NCBI GenBank assembly: GCA_024636585.1 | Contig: JAGXGS010000021.1 | Coordinates: 59,722-123,721 of the forward strand | Length of the DNA: 64,000 bases | From: Thiogranum sp. | GTDB lineage: Bacteria > Pseudomonadota > Gammaproteobacteria > DSM-19610 | Reading direction: 5' to 3' | In this document: in pieces, positions 63,328 through 64,000 of the stretch | Numbering within the stretch: position 1 is the stretch's first letter | Layout of the letters: every line of letters starts with the position of its first letter | Made by a program: the position numbers and the translations under genes | Notes under the pieces: generated by a model | The model's database searches: none | What the model was told of the DNA's origin: nothing | The model's input: the letters and a program-made list of their open reading frames with translations, nothing else

Positions 63328-64000
63328 ATGACTGATGCATTTCGCCTGCATGGCGGCAAGTGGCTCCCGGCCGGTGCAGGACTGTTGCTGGTGGCGCTGT
63401 TACTCGCTGCGACACTGGTGAGCTGGCCACCGGTACAGCAGGTGATCGAACGTCTGGAACTGCTGACTTACGACATCCGGCTCAATCACGCGCCGCTGCC
63501 ACGCGAGCGCGATACCGCCCGCATCGTGATTGTCGATATCGATGAACGCAGCCTGCAACAGCAGGGCCGCTGGCCCTGGCCGCGCGATCAGGTCGGTCAG
63601 CTCCTGCAGCGACTGAACGATGCCGGCGCCGCAGTGATCGCCTTCGACGTGCTGTTCAGCGAACCGGACCGCAACCCGGCCATCGACGTCCTGGATTACC
63701 TGGTGGCGGGCGACCAGGGACACGAACTGCGCGCCGGGCTGCAAAACCTGTCACTGGAACTGGATCGCGACCGGCGCTTCGCTGCCCAGCTTGGCGACCG
63801 CGACGTGGTGCTGGGGATGTTGTTTCATCGCGAGGATTCGCCGTCGGTCGGTGCGCTGCCGGTGCCACTGCAGGTTCTGGATACGCTGCGCAGCGGCCGC
63901 CTCACAGCCTATGACCTGCCGCGCTTCACCGGAACGCTGCCGGCCCTGCTCGAGGCCGTGCCGGCGGTGGGTTTTCTCAATACGCGACCGGATGTCGATG
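63328..64000 (+). CDS. CHASE2-domain sensor (partial; runs off the window)
   Basis: Own translation: TM then IVIVDIDERSLQQQGRWPWPR...GAAVIAFDVLFSEPD; absent from the ORF track. Confidence 0.88.
   Translation, partial: MTDAFRLHGGKWLPAGAGLLLVALLLAATLVSWPPVQQVIERLELLTYDIRLNHAPLPRERDTARIVIVDIDERSLQQQGRWPWPRDQVGQLLQRLNDAGAAVIAFDVLFSEPDRNPAIDVLDYLVAGDQGHELRAGLQNLSLELDRDRRFAAQLGDRDVVLGMLFHREDSPSVGALPVPLQVLDTLRSGRLTAYDLPRFTGTLPALLEAVPAVGFLNTRPDVD

Overview
GC-rich, proteobacterial-looking chromosomal window with no rRNA and no CRISPR array. (1) 1-9.5 kb: a minus-strand chemotaxis operon (STAS-cheY-cheA-cheW-MCP-aer). Its MCP is split by a 3944-bp IS1595-family transporter element (1701-5644; perfect 22-bp terminal IRs, 8-bp TSD TAATGTTT). 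Besides its transposase the element carries a toxin-antitoxin-like pair, four hypothetical proteins (two not called as such in the ORF track) and a 101-nt tRNA gene. That tRNA has a tRNA-Leu body but a Pro (UGG) anticodon and an oversized variable arm, and is the most striking object in the window. (2) 9.8-17.3 kb: globin/PAS/GGDEF/EAL protein, a REC-ANTAR regulator and two HisKA_2 kinases. (3) 17.3-35.5 kb and 58.4-63.2 kb: redox/oxidative-stress genes (sodB, fumC, MauG/CCP-like diheme protein + Tat metallophosphoesterase + SoxA-like cytochrome, cfa, pfpI, sodC, ahpC, cydAB). They are tied together by 13 copies of an FNR-variant palindrome GCATTGA-N6-TCAATGC, each centred 28.5-30.5 bp upstream of a -10-like hexamer, with a local Crp/Fnr regulator as candidate. 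(4) 35.5-57 kb: a general-stress island (CsbD, YqaE, DUF1328, YihY, DUF3618, PRC-barrels, lipid phosphatases/kinase) with many sigma54-type promoters, one intact and one degenerate NtrC-like activator, and a KaiC-like ATPase/hybrid kinase pair. All family assignments come from motif recognition by eye, not from database searches.
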